From NCBI GenBank assembly GCA_963665275.2, contig CAXXIN010000012.1:1-64000 (forward strand): a stretch of DNA of 64,000 nt. Reading direction: 5' to 3'. Position numbers and translations under genes: made by a program. Source of the DNA: Negativicutes bacterium (GTDB lineage: Bacteria > Bacillota > Negativicutes > UBA1444). This document shows, piece after piece, positions 31,382 to 40,704 of this stretch (positions within the stretch are counted from its first letter, which is position 1; every line of letters begins with the position of its first letter). Below the pieces are notes generated by a model. That model made no database searches. It was not told the origin of the DNA and saw only the letters and a program-made list of their open reading frames with translations.

Positions 31382-32642
31382 CTAGAGGAAGTGAGTATCA
31401 TGGACGATTTGTCCACGTTTCACTACCGTCTCGACACAATTCACGCCTGCATGGTAAGGCAGATATAAGTGTGACGGATGTGACAAGACGATGAAATCAG
31501 CCTGTTTTCCTACTTCCAGACTACCGATGCGGTCAGCGCGTCCTACAGCTGCCGCCGCGTTGATCGTCAATGCCGTAACGATCTCCGCCGGAGACATCTG
31601 CATATATAGGGCCGCCAGCGCTATGACCAACGGGATAGATTCGGTAAAACAACTGCCGGGGTTGAAGTCGGTCGCTAAAGCGACTGGTACCCCGTGATCA
31701 ATCATAAATCTCGCTCGGGCATAATTTTCCCGCAGGCAAAACGCGGTGGCCGGCAGCAGTACGGCAATGACACCCGCCTCTCCCATCCGGCGGATTCCCT
31801 CGTCCGAAGCATGCAGGAGATGTTCGGCGGACACGGCGCCGATCTCGGCTGAGAGTTCCGCTCCGCCGAAGGAAACGATCTCATCCGCATGAACTTTGGC
31901 TTTCATACCCATTCTCTGAGCTGCCAGCAGCAGCTGTCTCGATTGTTCAACCGTAAAGACGCCCTTCTCGCAAAACACATCACAAAACTCAGCCAGTTTG
32001 CTCTCTGCGACCAACGGCAGAACCGTTTTCCAGCAGATACGCAACAAACTCGTCGGTTCGTCCTTTGTATTCCGGCGGCACGGCATGCGCGCCCATGAAG
32101 GTCGACGCCACTTCGACCACATGTTCCCGGCCGAGCTGGGCCATGACTTCGAGCTGCTTTATTTCATTTGCAGCGTCCAGACCGTAGCCGCTTTTCCCTT
32201 CCACCGTCGTCACACCGAAAGACAGCATGGAGCTCAGGCGTTGCCAGCCTGCGGCCAGCAACTCTTCCTGTGAAGCTTCTCGCGTGGCGCGGACAGTGTT
32301 CACGATGCCACCGCCCCGTTCCATGATCTGCATGTACGTATCGCCGCGCAGCCGCCAGGAAAACTCTTCCGCCCGATTCCCTGCAAACAGAAAATGGGTG
32401 TGCGGGTCGACAAACCCTGGCAGCACACAATGTTCTGCCGCGTCGATCACTTCCGCGCCAGTCGTATCGAGGCCGTCCATAACTTCGGCGGTCGTTCCCA
32501 CTCGCCGAATCACGCCATCCTCAATCCACATGGCTCCATCAGGTATTATGCCGATATCCGCCATCGCGGCGCCTGTCTTGGGCGCTATTCCCCGACAAGT
32601 CACCAGCTCGGCAGCGTTTTTGATCAACAGCTTCTTTCCCAC
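31382..32642 (-). CDS. hutI: Imidazolonepropionase (one frameshift near 32027)
   Basis: PGFVDPHTH, GGGIVNTV, EGKSGYG, GAHAVP, then DVFCEKG, HADEI, ATDFNPG; the two ORFs join on removing one base from a homopolymer. Confidence 0.92.
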
Positions 32643-32643
32643 A

Positions 32644-33348
32644 TTATCCTCCCAAATAAGCCCGTTTGACGGCATCGTCGCTCTTCAATGCTGATGCTGC
32701 GCCTTCCAGCACGATATGCCCTGTCTCCAGCACATAGCCGCGGTCGGCAGCGCCGAGGGCCTTGCGTGCGTTTTGCTCCACCAGCAGAATCGTTGTTCCC
32801 ATCGTATTCAGTTGTTTTAACACTTCAAAACAACGGTTGACCAATATCGGCATCAAGCCCATGGAGATTTCATCCACCAGCAGCAGCTCCGGCTCCAGCA
32901 TCAACGCCCGTCCGATCGCCAGCATCTGCTGTTCGCCGCCTGACATTGTCCTCGCTGCCTGATTCATGCGCTCACCCAGACGTGGGAAAATGGTTACGAC
33001 TTTTTCCACCCGGCGCGGCAAATCGGCAGGAGGCTCCACCCAACCGCCAATCCGCAAATTTTCTGCTACAGTCAGTTCACCGAAAACTCGCCGTCCTTCG
33101 GGCACATAACCGATTTTCATGCCGGCTCGGTCCCACGGTTTGGCCGCTCTGATGTCTTTTCCCTTGAAAGTCAGCGTGCCGGAGGTGACTGGAACCAGTC
33201 CCATGATCACTTTCATCAGAGTGCTTTTGCCGGCGCCGTTGGCGCCGATGATCGTCACGAACTCTCCATCCTTCACGTCAATTGAGATATCATAGAGCAC
33301 CTGCGAATGTCCATAGTGGGCGGTCAAATTGCGAAGTTCCAGCATCAT
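32644..33348 (-). CDS. Liv-type ABC ATPase (LivF-like)
   Basis: GANGAGKST, VPEGRRVF, MSGGEQQMLAIGRALM, AYLGG. Confidence 0.9.
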   Translation of the reverse strand: MMLELRNLTAHYGHSQVLYDISIDVKDGEFVTIIGANGAGKSTLMKVIMGLVPVTSGTLTFKGKDIRAAKPWDRAGMKIGYVPEGRRVFGELTVAENLRIGGWVEPPADLPRRVEKVVTIFPRLGERMNQAARTMSGGEQQMLAIGRALMLEPELLLVDEISMGLMPILVNRCFEVLKQLNTMGTTILLVEQNARKALGAADRGYVLETGHIVLEGAASALKSDDAVKRAYLGG

Positions 33349-34119
33349 TCGGCCTCCTCGGCTTCACCCAGATTAAGCGTCGATAACGGCCTGGTTGCTT
33401 TGAACTTCCTGCGGCGTCCCTTCAGCGATCTTCACCCCATAGGAAAGCACCGTCATCCGGTCGCACAGCGCCGTAGCCACCGCCATATTATGTTCCACGA
33501 TCATGATGGTTGTCCCGGCTGCCTGCAGTTTGCGAATCAATTCCATGAAATCGCGCGTGGCATCTTTGGACAGTCCAGCGCACGGTTCATCCAGCATCAG
33601 CAGAATCGGTTGCAGTGCCAGAGCCCGGGCGATTTCGAGCCGCCTCATATACCCCAGACTCAGATCCCCGGCTTTGGACTGGGCAAAAGCGGCAAGGTCA
33701 ACCTGTTCGAGATACGCCATGACCTCTTCGCGATTGCGCCGCGTATGGCTGCGGCCAAGACTGGAAAACAGACTGGGCGCGCGCCGGAGCGCAAAGGGCC
33801 GCCAGCATATTGTCCTCCACCGTCATGTCTTTGAACACCCTGGTAATCTGGAACGTACGGGCAATTCCCCTGCGAGCTACCGCATGCGCCGGCAACCCTT
33901 GGATCTCCTGCCCGTCGAGCAATATTTTTCCGTCTGTCGGAGTATATGCGCCGCATACCATGTTGAAAGAAAGTTGTCCTTGCCGGCGCCGTTCGGAACC
34001 TATCAGACCCATGGTTTCGCCGCGGCGAACGCTCAGGTCCAACCCCGTCGACCGCCCTTCAGCCCGCCAAAATACTTTTTGAGGCCGATGACTTTGAGCA
34101 GCTCTTTCGTCTCACTCAT
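33345..34119 (-). CDS. Liv-type ABC ATPase (LivG-like), frameshifted
   Basis: MSETKELLKVIGLKKYFGGL, IARTFQ, RRLEIARALA, LDEP, VEH, AYLG recovered across several frames. Confidence 0.82.
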
Positions 34120-35002
34120 GCCGCTTCACCCCCTTGCCGCGTCCCCGGATGGCGGCCCATTTGCGCGGCGCATAACTATCGTCGCCGAGCATTCCCTGTG
34201 GCTGAAAGCGCATCATGAGCACGAGCAGGCTACCGTATACCAGCATGCGGTAGTCGGATACGAAACGGAACACTTCCGGCGCCAACGTGAGGATCAGTGC
34301 TCCCAGCAGAGGACCTGACACCGTGCCGAGGCCCCCCAGCACTGCCATGGACAGAACGCCGATCGAAACAGGAAACGAAAAGTCCGTCGACGAGATGAAC
34401 CCCATGAAGTGGGCATATACGCTGCCGGTCATGCCGGCGATAAAGGTCCCAATCCCAAAGGCAAAGACTTTATAATGATCCGCATTAAAGCCGAGAGAGG
34501 CCGCCGCCTCCTCGTCATTGCGCACGCCGCCGAGCGCCAGGCCGAGCCAGGACTTGGGCAGATGGCGCATGAACAGATACACCAGCAAATTGAGCACGAC
34601 CAGCAATACCAGAATCTCCGTGTTGCCGAATTTGATCCCCAGCACCACCGGCTTCGGAACCGCCAACCCCATGGAGGCGCCAAACAACTCGACATATTGA
34701 AAAATCGCTACCACGACAAAATTGATGCCGATGGTGGTTACGGCCAGAAAATCTTCTCGCACCCTCACGCTGAACAGGCCTAGCAGTACGCCGACCAAGG
34801 CCGCCATCGCTCCGGACGCCGGCAGCGCCAGCAAGAACGGCCAGCCTGCTTTCGCCGTCAACAGGGCCGACGTATAGGCGCCGATCCCGTAAAAAGCCGC
34901 ATGCCCCAGCGTGGGCTGTCCGGCAAAGCCTGTGATGATATTCAGACTCATGGCCAGCAGCATTGCCAGCCCAACATTGATCGCTACTACCTGTTCGTAC
35001 AT
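34112..35002 (-). CDS. Liv-type ABC permease (LivM-like)
   Basis: GFAGQPTLGHAAFYGIGAY, LGGLG, RFQPQG. Confidence 0.9.
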   Translation of the reverse strand: MYEQVVAINVGLAMLLAMSLNIITGFAGQPTLGHAAFYGIGAYTSALLTAKAGWPFLLALPASGAMAALVGVLLGLFSVRVREDFLAVTTIGINFVVVAIFQYVELFGASMGLAVPKPVVLGIKFGNTEILVLLVVLNLLVYLFMRHLPKSWLGLALGGVRNDEEAAASLGFNADHYKVFAFGIGTFIAGMTGSVYAHFMGFISSTDFSFPVSIGVLSMAVLGGLGTVSGPLLGALILTLAPEVFRFVSDYRMLVYGSLLVLMMRFQPQGMLGDDSYAPRKWAAIRGRGKGVKRHE

Positions 35003-35012
35003 AGAGTCCCCC

Positions 35013-35891
35013 TTATGACGTCCGGCGCTTGCCCAGGAGTCCCTGCGGCCGCCAGAGAAGGATCAGGATCAGCACCACGAAAGCAATCGCGTCACGCGGC
35101 AGGAAGAAGCCGATATAACCGCCGATCAGTGTCTCGGCCATACCGATGACCAAGGCTGCCAGCACAGTCCCGAGCGGATTCCCCAGCCCGCCCAGCACGA
35201 TGACTGCCAGCATTTTGTATGCCGGTACATCACCCATCGTCGGATAGACCGCATTATAAAGAATGCCGACGAGAATCCCTGCTACAGCAGCAAAACCATA
35301 CCCAAGGATAAAATTGAACGCCACCACCCGATTGGTGTTAATGCCCATCGCTTTGGCTGTCTCGAGGTCCTGCGCCGTCGCCCGCCAGGCCAGCCCGATG
35401 GAAGAACGGTTCAGCAGCAGCCAGAGAATCAGCAGCAGCATCGCTGTCGCTCCGAGAATCAAAAACCAGGCGCCGTACAATGTCAGCCCGATCTCCGGGA
35501 ACTGGATGGAAGGCAGCAGCTTGCCAAAATTTAGTTCCCGTGCCTGGGGTCCCGCTACCAGTCGCAGAAAATCCTGCAGGAAAATGAACAGTCCGATTCC
35601 CGCAATCAACGAGACATTCGGCGACTTATTCATCAAGGGCGCATACAGAAATTTCTGCACCAGGAATCCGAAAGCCGCCGTCAACGCGACACCCATTACG
35701 AGCGCCACTACCGGGCTGCCAGTCTGCAGCAGGAAAAAGAACGAGACATAAGCGCCGATCGCATAGGCGCCGGCGTTCGAGATGTCGAGAATTCGCATGA
35801 TGCCATATACCAGAGTGGCGCCCATCGCGGTCAGCGCATATACGCTGCCGACGACGATGCCGTTAACGATCTGCTGAAAAAACATGGCCAC
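35013..35891 (-). CDS. Liv-type ABC permease (LivH-like)
   Basis: QQIVNGIVVGSVYAL, GINTNRV, LGGLG, RPQGLLG. Confidence 0.9.
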   Translation of the reverse strand: MAMFFQQIVNGIVVGSVYALTAMGATLVYGIMRILDISNAGAYAIGAYVSFFFLLQTGSPVVALVMGVALTAAFGFLVQKFLYAPLMNKSPNVSLIAGIGLFIFLQDFLRLVAGPQARELNFGKLLPSIQFPEIGLTLYGAWFLILGATAMLLLILWLLLNRSSIGLAWRATAQDLETAKAMGINTNRVVAFNFILGYGFAAVAGILVGILYNAVYPTMGDVPAYKMLAVIVLGGLGNPLGTVLAALVIGMAETLIGGYIGFFLPRDAIAFVVLILILLWRPQGLLGKRRTS

Positions 35892-35906
35892 CCTCCTACC
35901 ATTGCG

Positions 35907-35958
35907 GCAAAAAGAATACGGAAGGGCCGGAAGCGTTCAACGCACCCGGCGCCTTCCG
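35907..35958 (-). terminator. Hairpin/partial terminator between binding-protein and permease genes
   Basis: CGGAAGG...CCTTCCG stem followed by TATTCTTTTT on the minus strand. Confidence 0.5.
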
Positions 35959-35974
35959 CGCATGGAACTACAGT

Positions 35975-37168
35975 TTATTTGTCAGGCGGAGTGATGATCG
36001 TCGGATCGCTGATTTCGCCATAATAAGTGAAAGCGCCGTTCTTTACGATCTGGACCTGAACATTTTTCGTTACTTCACCCAGTGGGTTGTATCCCTTGAT
36101 CAGGCCGGTGGCGGCTTCAAAATCTTTGATCTTGTAAATGCCGTCTTTGATCTTGTCAGGTTCGGTGCCATTCTTGCGCATGGATTCCGCCAGAACCATG
36201 AAGCAGTCATAAGTGGAGGCAGCCACCATATCCGGCGCGTGTCCGGCCATGGCCGTATAATCTTTGATGAATTCCTGAGTGGCTTTCAACTTGGATTCAC
36301 GGTTCAGGTTGGTGGTGATGATGATTCCATCGGCTGTCGGTCCGGATACCTTGAGGAATTCCATCGTGGAATCAATGCCCTCGGTTCCGAGCATCTGGAT
36401 ACCGAGATTCAGTTCCTTGGCCTGACGGGCAATCTGCGCACCAGTGCCGGAATAAGTCGGCATGTAGATCAGATCAGGTTTCAGCTGTTTGATCTTGGTA
36501 AGAACCGGATTAAATTCTTTTTCTACCATCGTGAACTTATCCCGGGAAACGATCTTGGCGCCCTTGGACTCAACGTATTGCGTGAAGGAATCCGCCAACG
36601 TCGTGCCAAAATCATTATCAACATTCAGTATGGCGATGGTCTTGGCTTTCAGCATGTCCACCGCAACATAGCCGCCAGCTTTGCCCTGGGCCGTGCCGAC
36701 GAACGATTGGCGGAATACATAGTCGCCGCCTTTGGTGATGTCCGGATGCAGCGCATAAGCTGCGATCATTGGGATTTTGGCATTTTCGAAGATCGGCGCC
36801 GCTGCGCGGGTGGTATGGCTGTAAGAGCCGGATACCGCCGCGGCCACTCCGTCCTTGGTCGTCAGTTTCTGAGCGATACTTACCGCTTCCTGCGGTTTCA
36901 GATTGTCATCATAAGCAACCAGTTCAACCGGCCGTCCATTGATGCCGCCGGTCTTGTTGATTTTTTCGACAGCCAGTTTGGCTGCTTTGGTGACGCTATC
37001 ACCATCTGCTGCCGCCGGGCCGGTCACTGGCGCAAAGAAGCCGATTTTGACAGGGGCTTTGTTTTCGGCAGCCGGTTTTTTGTCGCCGCCTGCGCCGCCG
37101 CAGCCGGAAACTATGAGGCCGAGAGCAAGAACCAGTACCAGCATCGCGAGAATTGTTTTGTTTTTCAT
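35975..37168 (-). CDS. Liv-type ABC substrate-binding lipoprotein
   Basis: Lipobox VSGC, INKTGGINGRPVEL; ATG 37168 with AGGAGG RBS. Confidence 0.9.
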   Translation of the reverse strand: MKNKTILAMLVLVLALGLIVSGCGGAGGDKKPAAENKAPVKIGFFAPVTGPAAADGDSVTKAAKLAVEKINKTGGINGRPVELVAYDDNLKPQEAVSIAQKLTTKDGVAAAVSGSYSHTTRAAAPIFENAKIPMIAAYALHPDITKGGDYVFRQSFVGTAQGKAGGYVAVDMLKAKTIAILNVDNDFGTTLADSFTQYVESKGAKIVSRDKFTMVEKEFNPVLTKIKQLKPDLIYMPTYSGTGAQIARQAKELNLGIQMLGTEGIDSTMEFLKVSGPTADGIIITTNLNRESKLKATQEFIKDYTAMAGHAPDMVAASTYDCFMVLAESMRKNGTEPDKIKDGIYKIKDFEAATGLIKGYNPLGEVTKNVQVQIVKNGAFTYYGEISDPTIITPPDK

Positions 37169-37219
37169 GATATCCCTCCTTGAGATTCGCAGTACCCAAA
37201 ACTTAGCATAGGTAAAAAT

Positions 37220-37246
37220 ATTCCGCTTCGACGCGCTAAATCCTGC
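37220..37246 (-). promoter_or_regulatory. SigH-like promoter for the liv-hutI operon
   Basis: GCAGGA-N17-GAAT on the minus strand, matching the B. subtilis SigH consensus (AGGA...GAAT). Confidence 0.55.
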
Positions 37247-37416
37247 CTTGTGACCAAAATTAATTTTTATTCTCTTTCCAGCTCCGTCTGATCGCCTCCC
37301 CAAATTCGGCATCTGCCTGTGAACGCTTCCTTAAACGAGCAGGAATTTATGGAACCGCAACGAAAGAAACACAAGAGGAATCATCCAGCGTCTGACAGCG
37401 AAGGGAGACTGTGATT

Positions 37417-37794
37417 ATGAAGAAAATGACGAAAATTGAAATCATCACCCGACCCGAAAAACTGGAATCCCTCAAGGAAGGCATGAATAAAATCGGCGTG
37501 ACCGGCATGACGGTAACCCAGGTACTCGGTTATGGCCTTCAAAAAGGTCACCGTGAAGTATACCGCGGCACCGAATATAATGTAAATCTCGTCCCGAAAG
37601 TTAAAGTGGAAATCGTGGTTTGCGAGGTTCCCGTCGAAAAAGTCATTGAAACCGCCAAAACAATCTGCCGGACCGGCAATGTGGGCGACGGCAAGATCTT
37701 TGTCTACGGCATCGATAATGCTGTCCGCATCCGTACCGGCGAGGAAGGCGACAAAGCCATCATCGACCCGGCGGATATCCACATCAATAGCTAA
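37417..37794 (+). CDS. glnB: PII nitrogen regulatory protein, copy 1
   Basis: IGVTGMTV, G.GLQKG..EVYRG.EY T-loop, PKVKVEIV, TGNVGDGKIFV, RIRTGE. Confidence 0.93.
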   Translation: MKKMTKIEIITRPEKLESLKEGMNKIGVTGMTVTQVLGYGLQKGHREVYRGTEYNVNLVPKVKVEIVVCEVPVEKVIETAKTICRTGNVGDGKIFVYGIDNAVRIRTGEEGDKAIIDPADIHINS

Positions 37795-37850
37795 ATTTCG
37801 TTCAAATTAGTTACACACTAAATATATTTAAGACTATATTCACACCCTAC

Positions 37851-37879
37851 TTGACAATCAAATCGGTTTCTGTTAAATT
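37851..37879 (+). promoter_or_regulatory. SigA-type promoter of amtB-glnK
   Basis: TTGACA-N17-TAAATT with extended TG. Confidence 0.65.
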
Positions 37880-37899
37880 AAACATAAATATTTTAGGAA

Positions 37900-38005
37900 A
37901 AGGCAATGAAGCCTTCGCAAATTCGCGGAGGCTTTTTGTTTTTTTCTAAACACGCTAGTGGACAATGGCGTCCCGTGGCTCAGCCTCGGAACGCCGTCTT
38001 TTTTT
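37900..38005 (+). promoter_or_regulatory. ANTAR-like antitermination leader with two terminators
   Basis: AAGGC-AATGAA-GCCTT and GGAC-AATGGC-GTCC hexaloop hairpins (A1, G4), each overlapping the 5' arm of a terminator with a U-tract. Confidence 0.7.
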
Positions 38006-38056
38006 ACCCGGAGTATTGAATTTTCTCCATCATCAATTTGAAAAGAGGGAAGGATT

Positions 38057-39457
38057 ATGAGAAAGATGTTTTCAAGAATTGCTTGTTTGACCCTGGGATT
38101 CTCCTCCACTCTGTCGGTTGCCTTCGCGGCAGAAGCCGCAGCCGCACCGAAAATCGACACCGGCGACACCGCCTTCGTACTGATCAGCGCGGCTCTAGTC
38201 CTTTTGATGACGCCGGCCCTGGCACTATTTTACGGCGGCATGTGCCGCACCAAAAACGTTCTGAGCACCATTATGCAAAGCTTTTTCATCATTGGCCTGA
38301 TTTCAGTGCAATGGGTATTGTTCGGTTACTCGCTGTCCTTTGGTCCGGACATCAATCATTTCATAGGATCTTTGGACTGGATCGGCCTCAAAGGAGTTAC
38401 CAACGCCCCCAATGCTGATTATGCGGCCACGATTCCCCATTCCACCTTCATGATTTTCCAGGCCATGTTCGCTGTCATCACTCCCGCGCTCATCACCGGC
38501 GCTTTTGCCGAACGGATGAAGTTTTCGGCCTTTGTGCTCTTTACGCTGATTTGGTCCACCTTCGTCTATGATCCTGTAGCGCACTGGGTCTGGGGCGTCG
38601 GCGGCTGGCTGCGTGAGATGGGTGTTCTCGACTTTGCCGGCGGGACTGTCGTTCACATCATATCCGGTGTTTCCGGACTGGTCATCTGTATCATGCTCGG
38701 TAAAAGGAAAGGACACGGCAAGGAAGTCATGTTGCCGCACCACCTGCCCATGACCGTTCTCGGCGCTGGTCTTCTGTGGTTCGGTTGGTTCGGGTTCAAT
38801 GCCGGCAGCGCTCTCGGCGCCAACGAGCTCGCCTCGGCCGCATTCGTCACCACCCATGTTGCCGCAGCAGCCGCTACGCTTTCCTGGGTACTGGCTGAAT
38901 GGATGATGCACGGGAAACCGACCGTGCTGGGTGCAGCCAGTGGTTGCATCGCCGGACTGGTCTCCATTACGCCTGCAGCTGGTTTTGTCAATCCGATGTC
39001 AGCGCTTGCGATTGGACTATTGGGCGGAGTGATCTGTTTCTTTTCAGTCAGCCAGCTAAAAGCCAAAATGGGCTATGACGACTCGCTGGATGCGTTTGGT
39101 GTCCATGGAGTTGGCGGAACCTGGGGGGCCCTAGCTACCGGCCTGTTTGCCTCCAAAGCCGTCAACGAGGCGGGCGCCGATGGCTTGCTGTTCGGCAACC
39201 CTGCACAGTTCAGCACTCAATTGATCGGCGTTGCGGTTAGCTGGGTGTTTGCCATCGCCATGACCTTCATCATCATCAAGTTCATCTCGCTCTTCATGCA
39301 AATTCGAGTGCATGAAGCTCAGGAACTTTCCGGGCTCGACATCACGGAGCACGGCGAACGCGGTTACGCTTACCAGGACCTCATCACCGGTTCGCCTGTC
39401 GCCCACATGGCAATCCAGCCCCAAACGGTTTCCGCCCGCGAAACGAGTCCTGCATAA
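38057..39457 (+). CDS. amtB: Ammonium transporter
   Basis: FQAMFA, DFAGGTVVH, WFGWFGFNAGS, DDSLDAFGVHG. Confidence 0.96.
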   Translation: MRKMFSRIACLTLGFSSTLSVAFAAEAAAAPKIDTGDTAFVLISAALVLLMTPALALFYGGMCRTKNVLSTIMQSFFIIGLISVQWVLFGYSLSFGPDINHFIGSLDWIGLKGVTNAPNADYAATIPHSTFMIFQAMFAVITPALITGAFAERMKFSAFVLFTLIWSTFVYDPVAHWVWGVGGWLREMGVLDFAGGTVVHIISGVSGLVICIMLGKRKGHGKEVMLPHHLPMTVLGAGLLWFGWFGFNAGSALGANELASAAFVTTHVAAAAATLSWVLAEWMMHGKPTVLGAASGCIAGLVSITPAAGFVNPMSALAIGLLGGVICFFSVSQLKAKMGYDDSLDAFGVHGVGGTWGALATGLFASKAVNEAGADGLLFGNPAQFSTQLIGVAVSWVFAIAMTFIIIKFISLFMQIRVHEAQELSGLDITEHGERGYAYQDLITGSPVAHMAIQPQTVSARETSPA

Positions 39458-39481
39458 CAGACTGTTGAAGGAGGTTTACGC

Positions 39482-39859
39482 ATGAAAAGCATGACTAAAA
39501 TAGAAATCATCACCCGTCCGGAAAAACTGGAAGCACTCAAGGACTCCATGAACAAAATTGGCGTAACCGGCATGACCGTGACCCAAGTCCTCGGTTATGG
39601 CCTGCAAAAAGGCCACCGGGAAGTCTATCGGGGTACTGAGTATACCGTCAACCTGGTTCCAAAAGTGAAGGTGGAAATCGTCGTTTGCGAAGTTCCGGTC
39701 GAAAAAGTAATCGAAACCGCCAAAAAAGTCTGCCAGACCGGCAACGTCGGCGATGGAAAAATCTTTGTGTACGGCATTGACAATGCTGTCCGCATCCGTA
39801 CCGGCGAGGAAGGCGACAAAGCCATCATCGACCCGTCGGATTTCAATAAATTGATATAA
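39482..39859 (+). CDS. glnK: PII nitrogen regulatory protein, copy 2 (amtB-linked)
   Basis: Same PII motifs; directly downstream of amtB with a GGAGG RBS. Confidence 0.93.
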   Translation: MKSMTKIEIITRPEKLEALKDSMNKIGVTGMTVTQVLGYGLQKGHREVYRGTEYTVNLVPKVKVEIVVCEVPVEKVIETAKKVCQTGNVGDGKIFVYGIDNAVRIRTGEEGDKAIIDPSDFNKLI

Positions 39860-39890
39860 TCTTCACCCTTCCCCCTCTTCCCCCCCCATA

Positions 39891-39928
39891 AAGAAGCCCC
39901 CCGCCGATTTGGGCGAAGGGGCTTCTTT
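39891..39928. terminator. Terminator between convergent operons
   Basis: AAGAAGCCCC...GGGGCTTCTT hairpin. Confidence 0.7.
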
Positions 39929-39940
39929 CCCTATTCTAGA

Positions 39941-40704
39941 TTATGCGTTCTTTCGCTCGTATATCAGACCGGTTACCAGCCCTTCTTGTTCCATGACGCA
40001 TTGCATGGCGGTGATCCTGTTTCCGGGATCATATTCCGCACGGTCCGACAGTTTCGCAATTCGCTGGCTATACCATTTTCATAGGTATTGATTTTGTTGA
40101 ACGTCACGCAGGGACTGAACACATTGATGAACGAAAAGCCTTTATGGCGGATCCCGGCTTCGATTAACTGCGCCAGTTCATTCAGATCTTTGGAAAAGCC
40201 TTGCGCCACGAACCCGGCTCCTGCGGACAATGCCAATTCCAGCGCCGATACGGGCCGCTCCGTTGATCCATGAGGGCTCGTTTTCGTTACGAACCCCAGG
40301 TCGCTGCGGGGGGAAACCTGCCCCTTCGTCAGTCCGTACACGTGGTTATCCATCACGATGTAAGTGATATCGACATCACGTCGCATTGCATGGATCGTAT
40401 GGCCGACGCCGATGGCAAAGCCGTCGCCGTCGCCGCCGCAAGCCAGTACCGTCAGCGCCGGATTGGCCAGCTTGACTCCCTGCGCCAGCGGCAAAGATCG
40501 CCCATGCGTCGAATGAAAGCCATAGGCGTTAACATAGCCAGGCAAACGGCTGGAGCAGCCGATGCCTGAGATGATGGCAACTTCATGCGGCTGGGCATTG
40601 ACCGCCGCCAATGCCCTCTGAATCGCCGCCTGCACGGAAAAATCGCCGCAGCCTGGACACCAGTTTTGCTTGACATTAAATTGAAAATCAGCAGCTGTTG
40701 ACAT
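39941..40704 (-). CDS. 2-oxoacid:ferredoxin oxidoreductase beta subunit (frameshift near 40077)
   Basis: WCPGCGD, SGIGCSS, GGDGD, YGLTKGQ, SPCVTFN; correcting the frame gives YEWY...LVTGLIYERKNA ending at 39941. Confidence 0.9.

Noticed and set aside
18600-34119. Calling the GH18, radical SAM, GH26, hutI and livG fragments pseudogenes
   Set aside because: Breaks are mainly homopolymer indels with intact motifs, so sequencing error is the simpler explanation.
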